Shown: positions 1-9,175 of the stretch, in pieces
Layout of the letters: each line of letters begins with the position of its first letter
Position numbering within the stretch: position 1 is the first letter of the stretch
DNA from: Bacteroidales bacterium
Lineage (GTDB): Bacteria > Bacteroidota > Bacteroidia > Bacteroidales > UBA932
Direction: 5' to 3'
Assembly (NCBI GenBank): GCA_017439305.1
Contig: JAFSJK010000063.1
Location: 14,367 to 78,366 of the forward strand
Length of the DNA stretch: 64,000 nt
The notes under the pieces: model-generated
Databases searched by the model: none
Told to the model about the DNA's origin: nothing
The model's input: only the letters and a program-made list of their open reading frames with translations
Made by a program: the position numbers and the translations under genes

Positions 1-1271
1 ATGCAGTCGATGGCCGGCAGGACCCACTTGCCATAGTGTCCGTTAGCGTTATCGTAGTTGCCGTCGAAATAGAAGTGGGCACGGAGTTTTCCGTCGGAGA
101 AGCCCTGGGTCAGTGCGCCGTCGGAGATTTCCAGGAGTACATACACCTTGTCGTCATAGTACACCTTCGCGCTCTTGAGGCCGCTCAGTTCGGCGCCGTC
201 GTAGCACTCCATCGTGGTGACATAGCTGGCAGGGAGATTGGCCCAGTCATCCGGATTGCCGTCGATGGTGACGCTGCCGCCCGCAGGGGCATCGCCGCCC
301 ATGCTCACGACCACAGGCTGGTCCTTCATGTTGCTGGCGCTCTTGTTGCCCCAGGTGTAGACCTTGATGGGCTGGCCATAGGTAACGCCCAGGTCGGCGA
401 GCGGGATACGGAGCTCGGTCTCGACGATGGCGTCGCCGAACATGGCGCCGGCGAGGGAATTCTCGGCGCAGACATACTCGTCACCCGATTCGCGGGCGCC
501 GGCCGGCGCGGTGGCCAGCATGGGATTGCCGGCGTCGTCCGCCAGGAAGAAATAGAGATACATCCATTTCTCGATACCCACGACGGCGTTGCCGTTGGCA
601 TCGGTCATGCCGGTGGCGACGTTGTTGTCGGCATCCACGGCCAGGTAGTAGTAACCACCACCCCACATCGCAGGATTGTTGTTGCGCTTGTGGTAGAAAT
701 AGAGATAATCCTTGTCGTAGGCGACCTTGAACTCCTTCAGCGGAGCGTCCTCATCATCGGAAGCGATACCGGTGGTCACGTCATCCCAGTCGGAGAAATC
801 ACCGTCAATCTTGATTTCGCTGTCGGAGGACGGCGGAGGAGTGGGTTCGACAGCCGGGGCCGTCTCGACGGTCAACGCCCTGGCGGTACCGAACTGCACG
901 CCGGCCAGCGAAGCGGCGAAGACGGCCGTGGTCTTCGTTCCGGGGGTCAGCTTGTCCGGGTCCACGAAAACCTTGCCGGTGACTTCGGATTCGCCCTTCT
1001 GCATGACCAGTTCCGTCGGATAGGTGATGCCGGCGCTGTTCATGGTGTTGGTTCCGTCCAGCGAGATGGCGATGGTGACATCGGAGGGAACGGGAGTGTC
1101 GGCAACGACCTTGAGCGTCGCTTCCGTCTCGGAGTTAGCCGTGGCTGAGAACGTGAACTTGACGGGCGTGCCGTCCGGGTTCAGGATCGGATTCACCTTC
1201 TCTTTCTCGCAGGAAGCGAAAGCGAAGGCGGCCATGACTGCAACGAACAGATACTTTGCAAATTTTCTCAT
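1..1271 (-). CDS. Surface lipoprotein with tandem IDGxFxDW (DOMON/CBM9-like) modules; 3' end runs off the window
   Basis: Not in the ORF track (open at the edge). My translation from ATG 1271 gives MRKFAKYLFVAVMAAFAFASCEKEK (lipobox) ... EIKIDGDFSDWDDV ... VTIDGNPDDWANL, with no stop before base 1. Confidence 0.8.
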   Translation of the reverse strand, partial: MRKFAKYLFVAVMAAFAFASCEKEKVNPILNPDGTPVKFTFSATANSETEATLKVVADTPVPSDVTIAISLDGTNTMNSAGITYPTELVMQKGESEVTGKVFVDPDKLTPGTKTTAVFAASLAGVQFGTARALTVETAPAVEPTPPPSSDSEIKIDGDFSDWDDVTTGIASDDEDAPLKEFKVAYDKDYLYFYHKRNNNPAMWGGGYYYLAVDADNNVATGMTDANGNAVVGIEKWMYLYFFLADDAGNPMLATAPAGARESGDEYVCAENSLAGAMFGDAIVETELRIPLADLGVTYGQPIKVYTWGNKSASNMKDQPVVVSMGGDAPAGGSVTIDGNPDDWANLPASYVTTMECYDGAELSGLKSAKVYYDDKVYVLLEISDGALTQGFSDGKLRAHFYFDGNYDNANGHYGKWVLPAIDC

Positions 1272-1310
1272 GGTGATATTAGTTAAATTTTGTGGTCTGT
1301 TTTCTACCTA

Positions 1311-1318
1311 CAAATATA
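1311..1318 (-). promoter_or_regulatory. Bacteroidetes -7 promoter box (TATATTTG)
   Basis: Matches TAnnTTTG, 40 bp upstream of ATG 1271. Confidence 0.55.
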
Positions 1319-1337
1319 TCGATAATATTCCGATTTT

Positions 1338-1382
1338 GTTCCGATTGGTTTCGAAATAATGTTTCGTTCGGTTTCGTTTTCG
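1338..1382. promoter_or_regulatory. Candidate AgaR operator (phased GTTTCG repeats)
   Basis: GTTCCG 1338/GTTTCG 1348 and GTTTCG 1361/GTTTCG 1371 at 10-bp spacing; same motif recurs near agaS and agaR. Confidence 0.55.
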
Positions 1383-1388
1383 AAATAC

Positions 1389-2666
1389 CTATTGGATATC
1401 AGCCTGATATTGTATCTCTTGGCCGGAAACGAGGTGGTCGCAGGCAATGGCCGGCCGGGAGGACTTGGACGCCTTGCAGGGGATCGTGACCCAGGCTTCC
1501 TCGCCCGGCATCAGGGTACGGAGGTCCAGGTCTCCCCGAACGCCCTCCACCTCCACGAAAGCGGAGCGGTAGATGGGAGCGACGCCCACATTGGCGATGA
1601 GGACGGACGCGCCCTCCCCTTCCTTGACCTGGAAATCCCGGATTTCAAACCGGTATCCCATGGACATGGCAGCCTCGGCGATGCGCTCCGGGGTCTGTTT
1701 CCCGGGCTGGTCGTTGCCGATGATGAACGTCATGTGGACCTTCGCCACCACATCTTCGAACACCCGTCCGTACATGCCTTCCTTGTCCAGGACATGCTTC
1801 TGGTCATAGTCGGAGTAGTAGCTGAACTCGCCTCCAGCGGGGGCTTTCTTGTAGCGGTCTTCGCCGAAGAACTTCCAGCCGGACCAGTTGTAACCGCTCC
1901 AGTCCTGGCACATGAAGGAGTCGTCGAAGTTGCCGAAGTTCAGGTCCAGCAGCTCTTTTTTCTTATGGAAAGGAGCATATTTCGCGTCGGAAGCATCGAT
2001 GGAGAAGAGCCACGGCGTATCCTGGAACCACTCGTCCATCTTGGGCAGGAACTGCGCCTGGAAGTCGTGCGAAGGGAAGGTCTGGCCGATAATGCAGGGG
2101 CCGTCATAGATGTGGTACTCCGCCCACAGGCCGAAACCCGTTTCCACGAAAGCCAGGCGGGGATCCTTGTCATACCGCTCGGCGAAACGGCGGTGGAACT
2201 CCATGTGGAAGCGCTGTAGTTCCTCGCAGCGCCAGTCGGGGAATTCCGTCTTGCGGCCTTCGCTCTTGGCGTTGGTGGCCTCATAACCCGGCCAGGACTT
2301 GATATAGTCCGGGACGGCGCAGGAGTAACCCGGATAGGTATAGCGGAAACGCACCACGACCTGATGGCCGCGGGCGGCCGCAGCCTCCAGCAGCTTGTCC
2401 ATGGGCGTCCAGTCGAACACGTCCTTTTCCTTGCACACGTCGTTGTACAGCATATAGGAGAACTCCAACTGCACATATTCTTTCTTCACGGAGCCGCTGG
2501 TGTTCCAAAGGACGATACCCGTCATCGGCTGCACGTGCGTGATGGACGACTGGAGAGGAATACGGGTGCCGTATTCTGCCGGCTTCTGGCCGGATTCGGG
2601 CTCCGTCTTGTTCTCGCAGGAACAGGAAACGAGGGCCAGGGACATAAGGAGGAACAGCTTCTTCAT
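1389..2666 (-). CDS. DUF4832-domain lipoprotein, putative glycoside hydrolase (TIM barrel)
   Basis: Lipobox LVSC; QPMTGIVLW N-terminus; FVETGFGLWAEYH; GGEFSYY; C-terminal MGYRFEI...NVGVAPIY typical of DUF4832. Confidence 0.7.
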   Translation of the reverse strand: MKKLFLLMSLALVSCSCENKTEPESGQKPAEYGTRIPLQSSITHVQPMTGIVLWNTSGSVKKEYVQLEFSYMLYNDVCKEKDVFDWTPMDKLLEAAAARGHQVVVRFRYTYPGYSCAVPDYIKSWPGYEATNAKSEGRKTEFPDWRCEELQRFHMEFHRRFAERYDKDPRLAFVETGFGLWAEYHIYDGPCIIGQTFPSHDFQAQFLPKMDEWFQDTPWLFSIDASDAKYAPFHKKKELLDLNFGNFDDSFMCQDWSGYNWSGWKFFGEDRYKKAPAGGEFSYYSDYDQKHVLDKEGMYGRVFEDVVAKVHMTFIIGNDQPGKQTPERIAEAAMSMGYRFEIRDFQVKEGEGASVLIANVGVAPIYRSAFVEVEGVRGDLDLRTLMPGEEAWVTIPCKASKSSRPAIACDHLVSGQEIQYQADIQ

Positions 2667-2667
2667 G

Positions 2668-3537
2668 TTACTCTCTGCTGAAAATCAGGACGCAGCTGAT
2701 GGCGGCCACAATACCGATGATCTGCGGCACGGTAGGGACGGCCGCGTAAAGGAGGAGGGAAATCACGCACATGATCACCGGGGCGCAGGCATCGGCCAGC
2801 GGAGCGATGACCATCGCCTTTCCATAGCGGTTGGCATATACCAGCGTGAAGGCGCCGATGGCGTTGAGGATCTGCACGAAGAACACTTTGACGGCCTCAC
2901 CCCAGCCGTCGGCTAGGACGTTGTTCTGTCCCTTGCCCATCAGCAAAGCCACGGGGATGAGCAGCACGGCCGAAATCGCCATGTACACGAACACGCTCTC
3001 CGCATCCGGGGTGTTGTTGTTCGCAAGCTTCATCACGAAAGCCTGGACGCCCCAGCAGATGAATACGATGGAGGCGAACAGGATCCAGATCCGGCTGGTA
3101 GCCGCACCGTCCTTGCTGTCGGGCAGGGCGAAGCAGACGAGGGCCACGAACGCCAGCGCGATGCCCAGGATGCCCAGCTTGGAAACTTTCTCCTTGAGGA
3201 CGGTGGCGGACAACAGCACCGTCACGATAGGCGCCACCGAGATCATCGGCATCACCAGATACGCCGGCGCATAGTCGAGAGCCAGGAACAATACGAGCTG
3301 CCCGCCGGCACCGAGCAGGCCCACAGCCAGGCTCAGCAGGGCCGGTTTCGTCCGGACGTCCAGCTTGAACTTGATGTTGACAAGGGCAGCCAGGGCGCAG
3401 GGAATCATGCTCAGGGCCCAAATCACGTAAACCATGGTCTTGGGGAGCGTGGTCTGGTCGCTGAATGCGCCCCAGATGCCCCAGGTAACCATCGTGATGA
3501 TGGCATATAACAGCCAGTTGTGCTTTTTCTGTGTCAT
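2668..3537 (-). CDS. DMT/EamA family transporter
   Basis: 289 aa, ~10 hydrophobic segments in two repeats, WGIWG motif. Confidence 0.85.
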   Translation of the reverse strand: MTQKKHNWLLYAIITMVTWGIWGAFSDQTTLPKTMVYVIWALSMIPCALAALVNIKFKLDVRTKPALLSLAVGLLGAGGQLVLFLALDYAPAYLVMPMISVAPIVTVLLSATVLKEKVSKLGILGIALAFVALVCFALPDSKDGAATSRIWILFASIVFICWGVQAFVMKLANNNTPDAESVFVYMAISAVLLIPVALLMGKGQNNVLADGWGEAVKVFFVQILNAIGAFTLVYANRYGKAMVIAPLADACAPVIMCVISLLLYAAVPTVPQIIGIVAAISCVLIFSRE

Positions 3538-3552
3538 AGTCGTCCGAAAGTA

Positions 3553-4689
3553 TTATTTCACGAAGGAGGCGACAAGGCGTCCCCATTCGTCGTTTTCGCG
3601 GATGCCGGTGAAAGCGGCGGAGCCGGGGCCCCACGCATAGAAGGGAACGGCGATGCCGTTATGGCTTTCGCTGGCGAAGAACACGCCGATCTCCCCTTTC
3701 TCCAGGTTCCCGTCCTGCAGGGTAAGGCAGCCGGTGGCATGGTCGGCGGTCATCACCACCAGGGTGTGCCCGTCGGCGGCCGCCCACTGGAGGACATCAC
3801 CCAGGGTACGGTCGAAGTCCAGGAGTTCCTCCATGGCCTTCGCGATGTCGTTCCCGTGCAGCCAGTCGTCAATGCAGGAGCCTTCCAGCATCATCACGAA
3901 GCCTTTTTCTCCGCTTTCACGGGACAGGATGTCCAGACCGCGGGCCACGGTGTGGCGGTACAGGTCGCCTCGCTCCATCACCACGGGCAGGTTATCCGGG
4001 GCCAGGATGCCGATGACCGGCAGTTCCGCCTGCATCAGTTCCTCTTCCGTACGGGCCACGGTATAGCCTGCCGCAGCCATTTCCTTCGTAATGTCACGCC
4101 CGTCGGTCCGCTTCACGGTGAACCAGTCCAGACCGCCGCCGGAGAGATAGTCCACGCCGCATTCCACATAATCTGCGATGAGGTCCTCCTGGTTATAGCG
4201 GTACTCGTTGTGGCAGCAGAAATCGCAAGGGGTCGCATCGGCGAAGTGGCAGGTGACGGCCACGCCGGTTTTCTTGCCCAGTTCCCGGGCCTTTACCAGG
4301 ATGGAAGGGATGTCCGTGCTGTCCGGCGCCGTACCCACATGGCTGTAGGCCGTCTTCTTGCCGGAAGAGAGGGCCGTTCCGCCCGCTCCGGAGTCCGTGA
4401 TGAGTTCATTGGTGCACCAGGTGCGGGACAGACCCACGTGGGTCATGTTGTCCAGATTCAGCTTGCCGTGGTTCAGCACCCAAGCGCAACTGACCTGTTC
4501 CAGGCCCATGCCGTCGCCGATCATGAAGATGATGTTGCGCACCTCGTTGTCCTGCGGCGGTTCCGCGACGGAAACGATGTCGTAGGTGTGCGGGGTGGCA
4601 TAATACTGCAGGGCGGCCTCTTTCTCCTTCTGCTTGCAGGAGACGGCCAGCAGGCCTGCGAACAAGGCAAGGACGGTAATCTTTCTCAT
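3553..4689 (-). CDS. Alkaline phosphatase (lipoprotein)
   Basis: Start reset to MRKITVLALFAGLLAVSC; NIIFMIGDGMG, TDSGAGGTA (Ser nucleophile), EGSCIDDWLH, TADH. Confidence 0.9.
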   Translation of the reverse strand: MRKITVLALFAGLLAVSCKQKEKEAALQYYATPHTYDIVSVAEPPQDNEVRNIIFMIGDGMGLEQVSCAWVLNHGKLNLDNMTHVGLSRTWCTNELITDSGAGGTALSSGKKTAYSHVGTAPDSTDIPSILVKARELGKKTGVAVTCHFADATPCDFCCHNEYRYNQEDLIADYVECGVDYLSGGGLDWFTVKRTDGRDITKEMAAAGYTVARTEEELMQAELPVIGILAPDNLPVVMERGDLYRHTVARGLDILSRESGEKGFVMMLEGSCIDDWLHGNDIAKAMEELLDFDRTLGDVLQWAAADGHTLVVMTADHATGCLTLQDGNLEKGEIGVFFASESHNGIAVPFYAWGPGSAAFTGIRENDEWGRLVASFVK

Positions 4690-4690
4690 G

Positions 4691-6334
4691 TCAGTCCTTC
4701 GGAATGATGGCGTCATCCAGGCCGGTGAAATCGTAACGGTACAGATAGGAAGTGGAGCCGTAGTCGTCAGCCACCCAGATGCAGCTGTTGGCATGGTCGA
4801 CGCAGATGGATTCCGGATTCTCGATTCCCCGGGCGGAATAGAAGCCCAGCATGGTTTCGGCGTCGCCGGTGAGGGCGAAGAAGCGGCGGGATTCGGAATC
4901 GATGACCCAAAGCCAGTCGGTGAGCGGGTCATAGCACAGGTCGGCGATCTCGGTGATGGTGGGATACATCTCCCGCAGGCCCTTCCGCCACAGGACTTCG
5001 CCGGTTTCCAGGTTGCAGAGGTAGAGGTAGGACCCCGTCTGCGTCCCGGCATAGGCCAGCCCGTCCTTGTAGTAAGTGAGGCCTTCCAGGCCAGCGTTGC
5101 CGAAGCCCTTGGCATCGTCGATCTTGAGGACGGATTCCACCCCCTTGAACGAACTCGACGCGAAGATGTTTTCCATGCTCGCCGCCGGGATGCTGCACAC
5201 ACTGCTGGGTTCACCGCCGATCAGCAGGTCTCCGTTGTCATATCGCAGGGAGATGGCTTCCGCGTCGATGCCGCTGCCGCTGGTGGTCTTCAGGGACGCC
5301 TTGTTCAGCACTTCTCCTTCGAAAGAAAGCTGCGCGATTTCGCCGCTGTCGCCCACGCCCCAGAGGAAGGAGGCATCCGCGCTCAGCGAGAGGCCGGAAA
5401 GTTCATTGAGACTGACCGTGTACTTGGTGCGCTGCCCCATTTCCGGCATGCTGGGTTTGGGACCGGTGTAGGCTTCCAGCTTGGAGGTAATGTCGCCCAG
5501 TTCCAGCACCTTGCCGGCTTTCAGCATGCCGTTCTGGAGGCCGTCCTCCGTGTTCCGGGTATAGGCAGCAGGCCAGGCGCCGTCCTTGCCGAAATACAGC
5601 GTGAATCCGCCTTTCAGGGTGACGCCGCCGGGAAACCAGACCGTCGTGGTCTTTCCGTCACCCGCAAGCGTCATCTCCAGGAAAGGATAGCCGTCGGAAA
5701 CCACCTTGGAGAAACTGGTTTCCGCTGAAGAATGGGCGTTCGAGTACCCCTGGAAACGCAGACCGGGGCGCTGGGCGCCTGCGATGATTACCTTGTCATA
5801 GCCGCCGGAAACAGTGAAAGTGATGGCGGCCGAAGCGTCGTGGAAGGCAAAGTTGGCCCCCTCCAGATAGGCCTGGGCCAACAGGATGTCCGCTTTCGTG
5901 AACGTGGTCGTGGCGTCCATCAGGCCGTCTTCAGCCTGAACGGCAGAGGCGGGCCAGGCTGCATAGAGATTGTCCGGAGTGGCCAGATATTCAAACAGGC
6001 CGCTTTCGAGCTTGAGGGTAGCAGTCTTGCCGTCGGACGAGATGTCCGAGGCCTTCAGGGCATACGTCTTGGCTGCCGGTCCGTAGGAACCGTGCACCAG
6101 GATCTCGTCACCCGCTTCCCATTTCCCTTTCAGGGGCGAAACCGTGAAGGTATAGTCCCCGGCCTTGGGCTTTCCGTCGTCAACAGGCTGGTCTTTGTCC
6201 TTGTCTTTGTCCTTGTCCGGGTCCTGGGTTTCCTTGCCGGGATTCGGATCATCTTTCTGCCCGCAGGAGACGCAACACGGCAGGAAAGCCAGCGACACTG
6301 CGAGGGTGAGAATGGGGAGTAAGCTCTTTTTCAT
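4691..6334 (-). CDS. Lipoprotein: fimbrillin-like N-domain plus SdiA-regulated/phytase-like beta-propeller
   Basis: Lipobox VSC then QKDD; KWEAGDEILV and NLYAAWPA (fimbrillin-like); C-terminal NELSGL, DAEAI, GLEGL, PESI repeats of YjiK/SdiA-type propellers. Confidence 0.6.
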   Translation of the reverse strand: MKKSLLPILTLAVSLAFLPCCVSCGQKDDPNPGKETQDPDKDKDKDKDQPVDDGKPKAGDYTFTVSPLKGKWEAGDEILVHGSYGPAAKTYALKASDISSDGKTATLKLESGLFEYLATPDNLYAAWPASAVQAEDGLMDATTTFTKADILLAQAYLEGANFAFHDASAAITFTVSGGYDKVIIAGAQRPGLRFQGYSNAHSSAETSFSKVVSDGYPFLEMTLAGDGKTTTVWFPGGVTLKGGFTLYFGKDGAWPAAYTRNTEDGLQNGMLKAGKVLELGDITSKLEAYTGPKPSMPEMGQRTKYTVSLNELSGLSLSADASFLWGVGDSGEIAQLSFEGEVLNKASLKTTSGSGIDAEAISLRYDNGDLLIGGEPSSVCSIPAASMENIFASSSFKGVESVLKIDDAKGFGNAGLEGLTYYKDGLAYAGTQTGSYLYLCNLETGEVLWRKGLREMYPTITEIADLCYDPLTDWLWVIDSESRRFFALTGDAETMLGFYSARGIENPESICVDHANSCIWVADDYGSTSYLYRYDFTGLDDAIIPKD

Positions 6335-6340
6335 ATCAGG

Positions 6341-7039
6341 TTATAAGGCCAATGCGTAGCCGCTTTCGACCGTACCGTCGGCGGCCACCACAAAGTAAAC
6401 GGGTGTCATGTGAATGTCGAAAACGGCGGTACCGTTTTCCGGGAACAGGTATTCCCAGCCGGGGACGGCGGGTTCAGGCCCGTAGCCCAGGCCAATGGCC
6501 ATTTTTTTAACACCGCTCCACTGCGGGTCCGCGGAGAGTTTCTCCAGGGCTTCGCGGCAGGAGGGGCAGCCCAGGTCCAGTACCAGCACCAGCGTACGGG
6601 TGTCGAATCCGGCCCATCCGGGGACGATGGCCTTCGTCCCTTCCAGATTGTACCCGATCCATTCCCGCCGCTGCAGGAAAGGATCGCATTCACCCGGACC
6701 CAGGACGCCGTCGGCCGCCATCCGCTCCACGGCCTTGCCGTACAAGGCGGCATTGCGGCAGGGAGAGAGGAGGTTGTAGAAGGCGCCGTCCATCCATTCC
6801 GAGTAAACGTAATAGGCCACGGTGTCCTGCTTCAACTGGTCGAAGAGCACATCCAGGGCCGCAAGGGCATCCTCTTCCGGGGCCGCGACGGCCAGTTCGG
6901 CAAAATCGGCGAACTGGTCCTCGGCCGCGTGGAAGTCCGAATAATCAATGCTGTGGGTATTCCAGAAGTTACCGACGCCGGATGCCTGGCACCCCGCAAG
7001 GAGCGCCAGGCACAGGACAGCGGTAAAGGTTCTTTTCAT
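6341..7039 (-). CDS. DUF5106-like lipoprotein with C-terminal thioredoxin-like CxxC domain
   Basis: LAGC lipobox; NFWN, FYNLLSPCRN; LDLGCPSC. Confidence 0.6.
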   Translation of the reverse strand: MKRTFTAVLCLALLAGCQASGVGNFWNTHSIDYSDFHAAEDQFADFAELAVAAPEEDALAALDVLFDQLKQDTVAYYVYSEWMDGAFYNLLSPCRNAALYGKAVERMAADGVLGPGECDPFLQRREWIGYNLEGTKAIVPGWAGFDTRTLVLVLDLGCPSCREALEKLSADPQWSGVKKMAIGLGYGPEPAVPGWEYLFPENGTAVFDIHMTPVYFVVAADGTVESGYALAL

Positions 7040-7044
7040 CAGGA

Positions 7045-7767
7045 TTACTTGACGGTCGTAATTTTCAGGAGGTGGCCCCAGCCTCTTTCGTCCACCTCGA
7101 TGCTGCTGTTGGGCATGTTGGAGAGTTCTCCCCAGTCGTATCCGTAGAAACGGATGCCGGTGTAGAAGACGTCCCCGATCTTATGCCCGGCGGGAACGGC
7201 GTTGTTGAAGAGCTCGCGGGCCAGGAGGATCTCATACTCGCCGCCGTTGCCCTTGCCGGTAACCAGGTTGTTGTTCGGAGGGAGGAGTTCATCCCACTTG
7301 CCTTCGCTGTTGCGCTGATGCAGCGTTCCGTCATAGGTCGTCCAGGCACCGCCGTCGGCCAGGGCGCCTTCGATGATGAAATCATACGGATCCAGGAAGT
7401 AGTTCTCGTAACCGGTCGTGAAATCGTTGTTGGTATCAAGGCATAGCCGGATGGGCATTTCGTCCTGGATGTCCATCAGGTCGTTCACCGCTTCCTTGTT
7501 GAACTTCATGTAGTAGTAGACGAAGTCCTTGTCCGAGCAGCAGCGGATTTCGGACACGGCGTCCCAAGGGGAGTTGGGATCGTTCTTCGCGCTGACGACG
7601 ACGTCGGACTTCAGGGCGGCCCAGTCGTCGAAGTTGCCGTCGATCTTGATGCCGAGGCCCTTGGTTTCTTCCTTCTTCTGCTCTTCCTCTTCTTCCTCAT
7701 TGTTCTTGTTGCAGGAAACGGCAAGGAGGGAAGCGGCCATGGCCAGGAGTGTCAAAAACTTTTTCAT
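7045..7767 (-). CDS. Surface lipoprotein, IDGxFxDW family (putative glycan-binding)
   Basis: Start reset to MKKFLTLLAMAASLLAVSC; acidic linker; GIKIDGNFDDW; paralog of 10657-11385. Confidence 0.75.
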   Translation of the reverse strand: MKKFLTLLAMAASLLAVSCNKNNEEEEEEQKKEETKGLGIKIDGNFDDWAALKSDVVVSAKNDPNSPWDAVSEIRCCSDKDFVYYYMKFNKEAVNDLMDIQDEMPIRLCLDTNNDFTTGYENYFLDPYDFIIEGALADGGAWTTYDGTLHQRNSEGKWDELLPPNNNLVTGKGNGGEYEILLARELFNNAVPAGHKIGDVFYTGIRFYGYDWGELSNMPNSSIEVDERGWGHLLKITTVK

Positions 7768-7789
7768 GGTATTGATTGATAATGGTTTG

Positions 7790-9166
7790 TTATAATTCAA
7801 ACAATTTGTTCCAACCGGTTTCGGCATCCCAGACGCCGTCGTTGGCCAGGGCGATGCTGTATTCGGGGCGGCCCGGCAGCAGCGGGTCCTCCAGGGCCAG
7901 GTACACCGTGCCGTGCTCGGCCGGGAGGTCGAACTGGACGTCCATCTCATGGGCACCAGGCTGCCACTCCCGGGGGTCTTCGCACGGGACGGAGGTGCTG
8001 GTCCCGTTTTTCTCCACGAAAACCAGCAGGGCCGTGCGGGGATTCATCGGAGCGGCGAAACCCTTGTTGGCAAACTTGATCTTGACGGTCATCTTCTTCC
8101 CAACCTCCCGCTTGGCGGGATAGGTGACCTCGTCGAGTACCAGGCGGTAACCCAGCCGGTTCTCGATTTCCTCCATGCAGCCGGAATTATTCCAGCGGTT
8201 CAGGACGGAACTGTTGTAGCCGCTGTTCAGGTAAGTCCAGTGATAATCTTCCATGTCCTTGATGGAAGCGTCACAGGTGCAATAGTTGGACACTTTGCAG
8301 GTCTCCCCGCCCATCAGGGTGTAGCGGGAATCGCGCTTCCAGAAAGTCCGGTCGCCTTTCTCGTTGTCAAAGGTGCCGTAATCGTCGGCCGACGCGCCGA
8401 AACAGTCGTTGTGGCCGCCCAGGCGGGACAGGTCCGACAAGTCATGGGCCGTCTCCGCCGTCAGGGTGTCCTTCATGGAGAGGCCGTACATCCGCATCTT
8501 GAACTGCGGGGTGCGCAGCGCGACCTGGCGGCTGTCCGGCAGGGCTCTCAGCAAGGCGTCCGTCAGGTGCCGGCGGGGATTGTAGTCGGCGTCCGTCTTC
8601 GGGTCCATGATGAAGTTTTCGGTGTAATACCACTCGCCCCAAACGCCTACGAAGCCGGCCTGCAGGACGAAGATTACATCCGCATTTTTCTGAAGGAGCG
8701 GCCGTAACTGGGCCACGTGCCGAAGGACGACCTGCTCTTCAGGGTCCCAGGGCTTGGCACTCTCGCTGTTCTGGTAGGCAAAGCGCAGGACGCATTTGAC
8801 ACCGGCCTCCCGGAGGGCGTCAAACGAAGTCTGGATCATGTCCAGGTAAGCCTGCGAGATGTCCCCTTTCATGAATTCGGTGAGGTAGAAGCCCACGTAC
8901 ATGAGCGTCTTCCCGTCGGCACGCAGCGCCTTGGCGGCCGAAACCCGGACGGGATTCGACGCGCTCTTGATGTCGATGGCGCCACCGTAGAAGCCCCTTT
9001 CCGGATTGACCAGGGGCACAGTGCTTTCCGTATAATGGACGGTCGCCACGTCTCCGTCCACGGTGATCTCACCGTAGTCGGTTTCGACGGGGCCCTTTTC
9101 CTGGCAAGCGAAGCACAGGAAGACAGGGAGGGAAAGCAACTGGATGAAGATGGGGAGTCTCATCAC
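7790..9166 (-). CDS. DUF4874/DUF4832 lipoprotein, putative glycoside hydrolase
   Basis: NPERGFY, QAGFVGVWGEWYY, GGHNDCF, MGGETC, LGYRL...GFAAPMNPR. Confidence 0.8.
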   Translation of the reverse strand: MMRLPIFIQLLSLPVFLCFACQEKGPVETDYGEITVDGDVATVHYTESTVPLVNPERGFYGGAIDIKSASNPVRVSAAKALRADGKTLMYVGFYLTEFMKGDISQAYLDMIQTSFDALREAGVKCVLRFAYQNSESAKPWDPEEQVVLRHVAQLRPLLQKNADVIFVLQAGFVGVWGEWYYTENFIMDPKTDADYNPRRHLTDALLRALPDSRQVALRTPQFKMRMYGLSMKDTLTAETAHDLSDLSRLGGHNDCFGASADDYGTFDNEKGDRTFWKRDSRYTLMGGETCKVSNYCTCDASIKDMEDYHWTYLNSGYNSSVLNRWNNSGCMEEIENRLGYRLVLDEVTYPAKREVGKKMTVKIKFANKGFAAPMNPRTALLVFVEKNGTSTSVPCEDPREWQPGAHEMDVQFDLPAEHGTVYLALEDPLLPGRPEYSIALANDGVWDAETGWNKLFEL

Positions 9167-9175
9167 GACAATGCC

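Noticed and set aside
3553-5214. ORF-track extended starts (also 7956, 18191, 20284, 51166, 55053)
   Set aside because: Extensions overlap upstream genes; internal ATGs give proper signal peptides or family N-termini
6190-6220. Hexamer repeat encoding DKDKDKDKD (also poly-E/D runs at 7680 and 11290)
   Set aside because: In-frame low-complexity lipoprotein linkers, not phase-variable tracts
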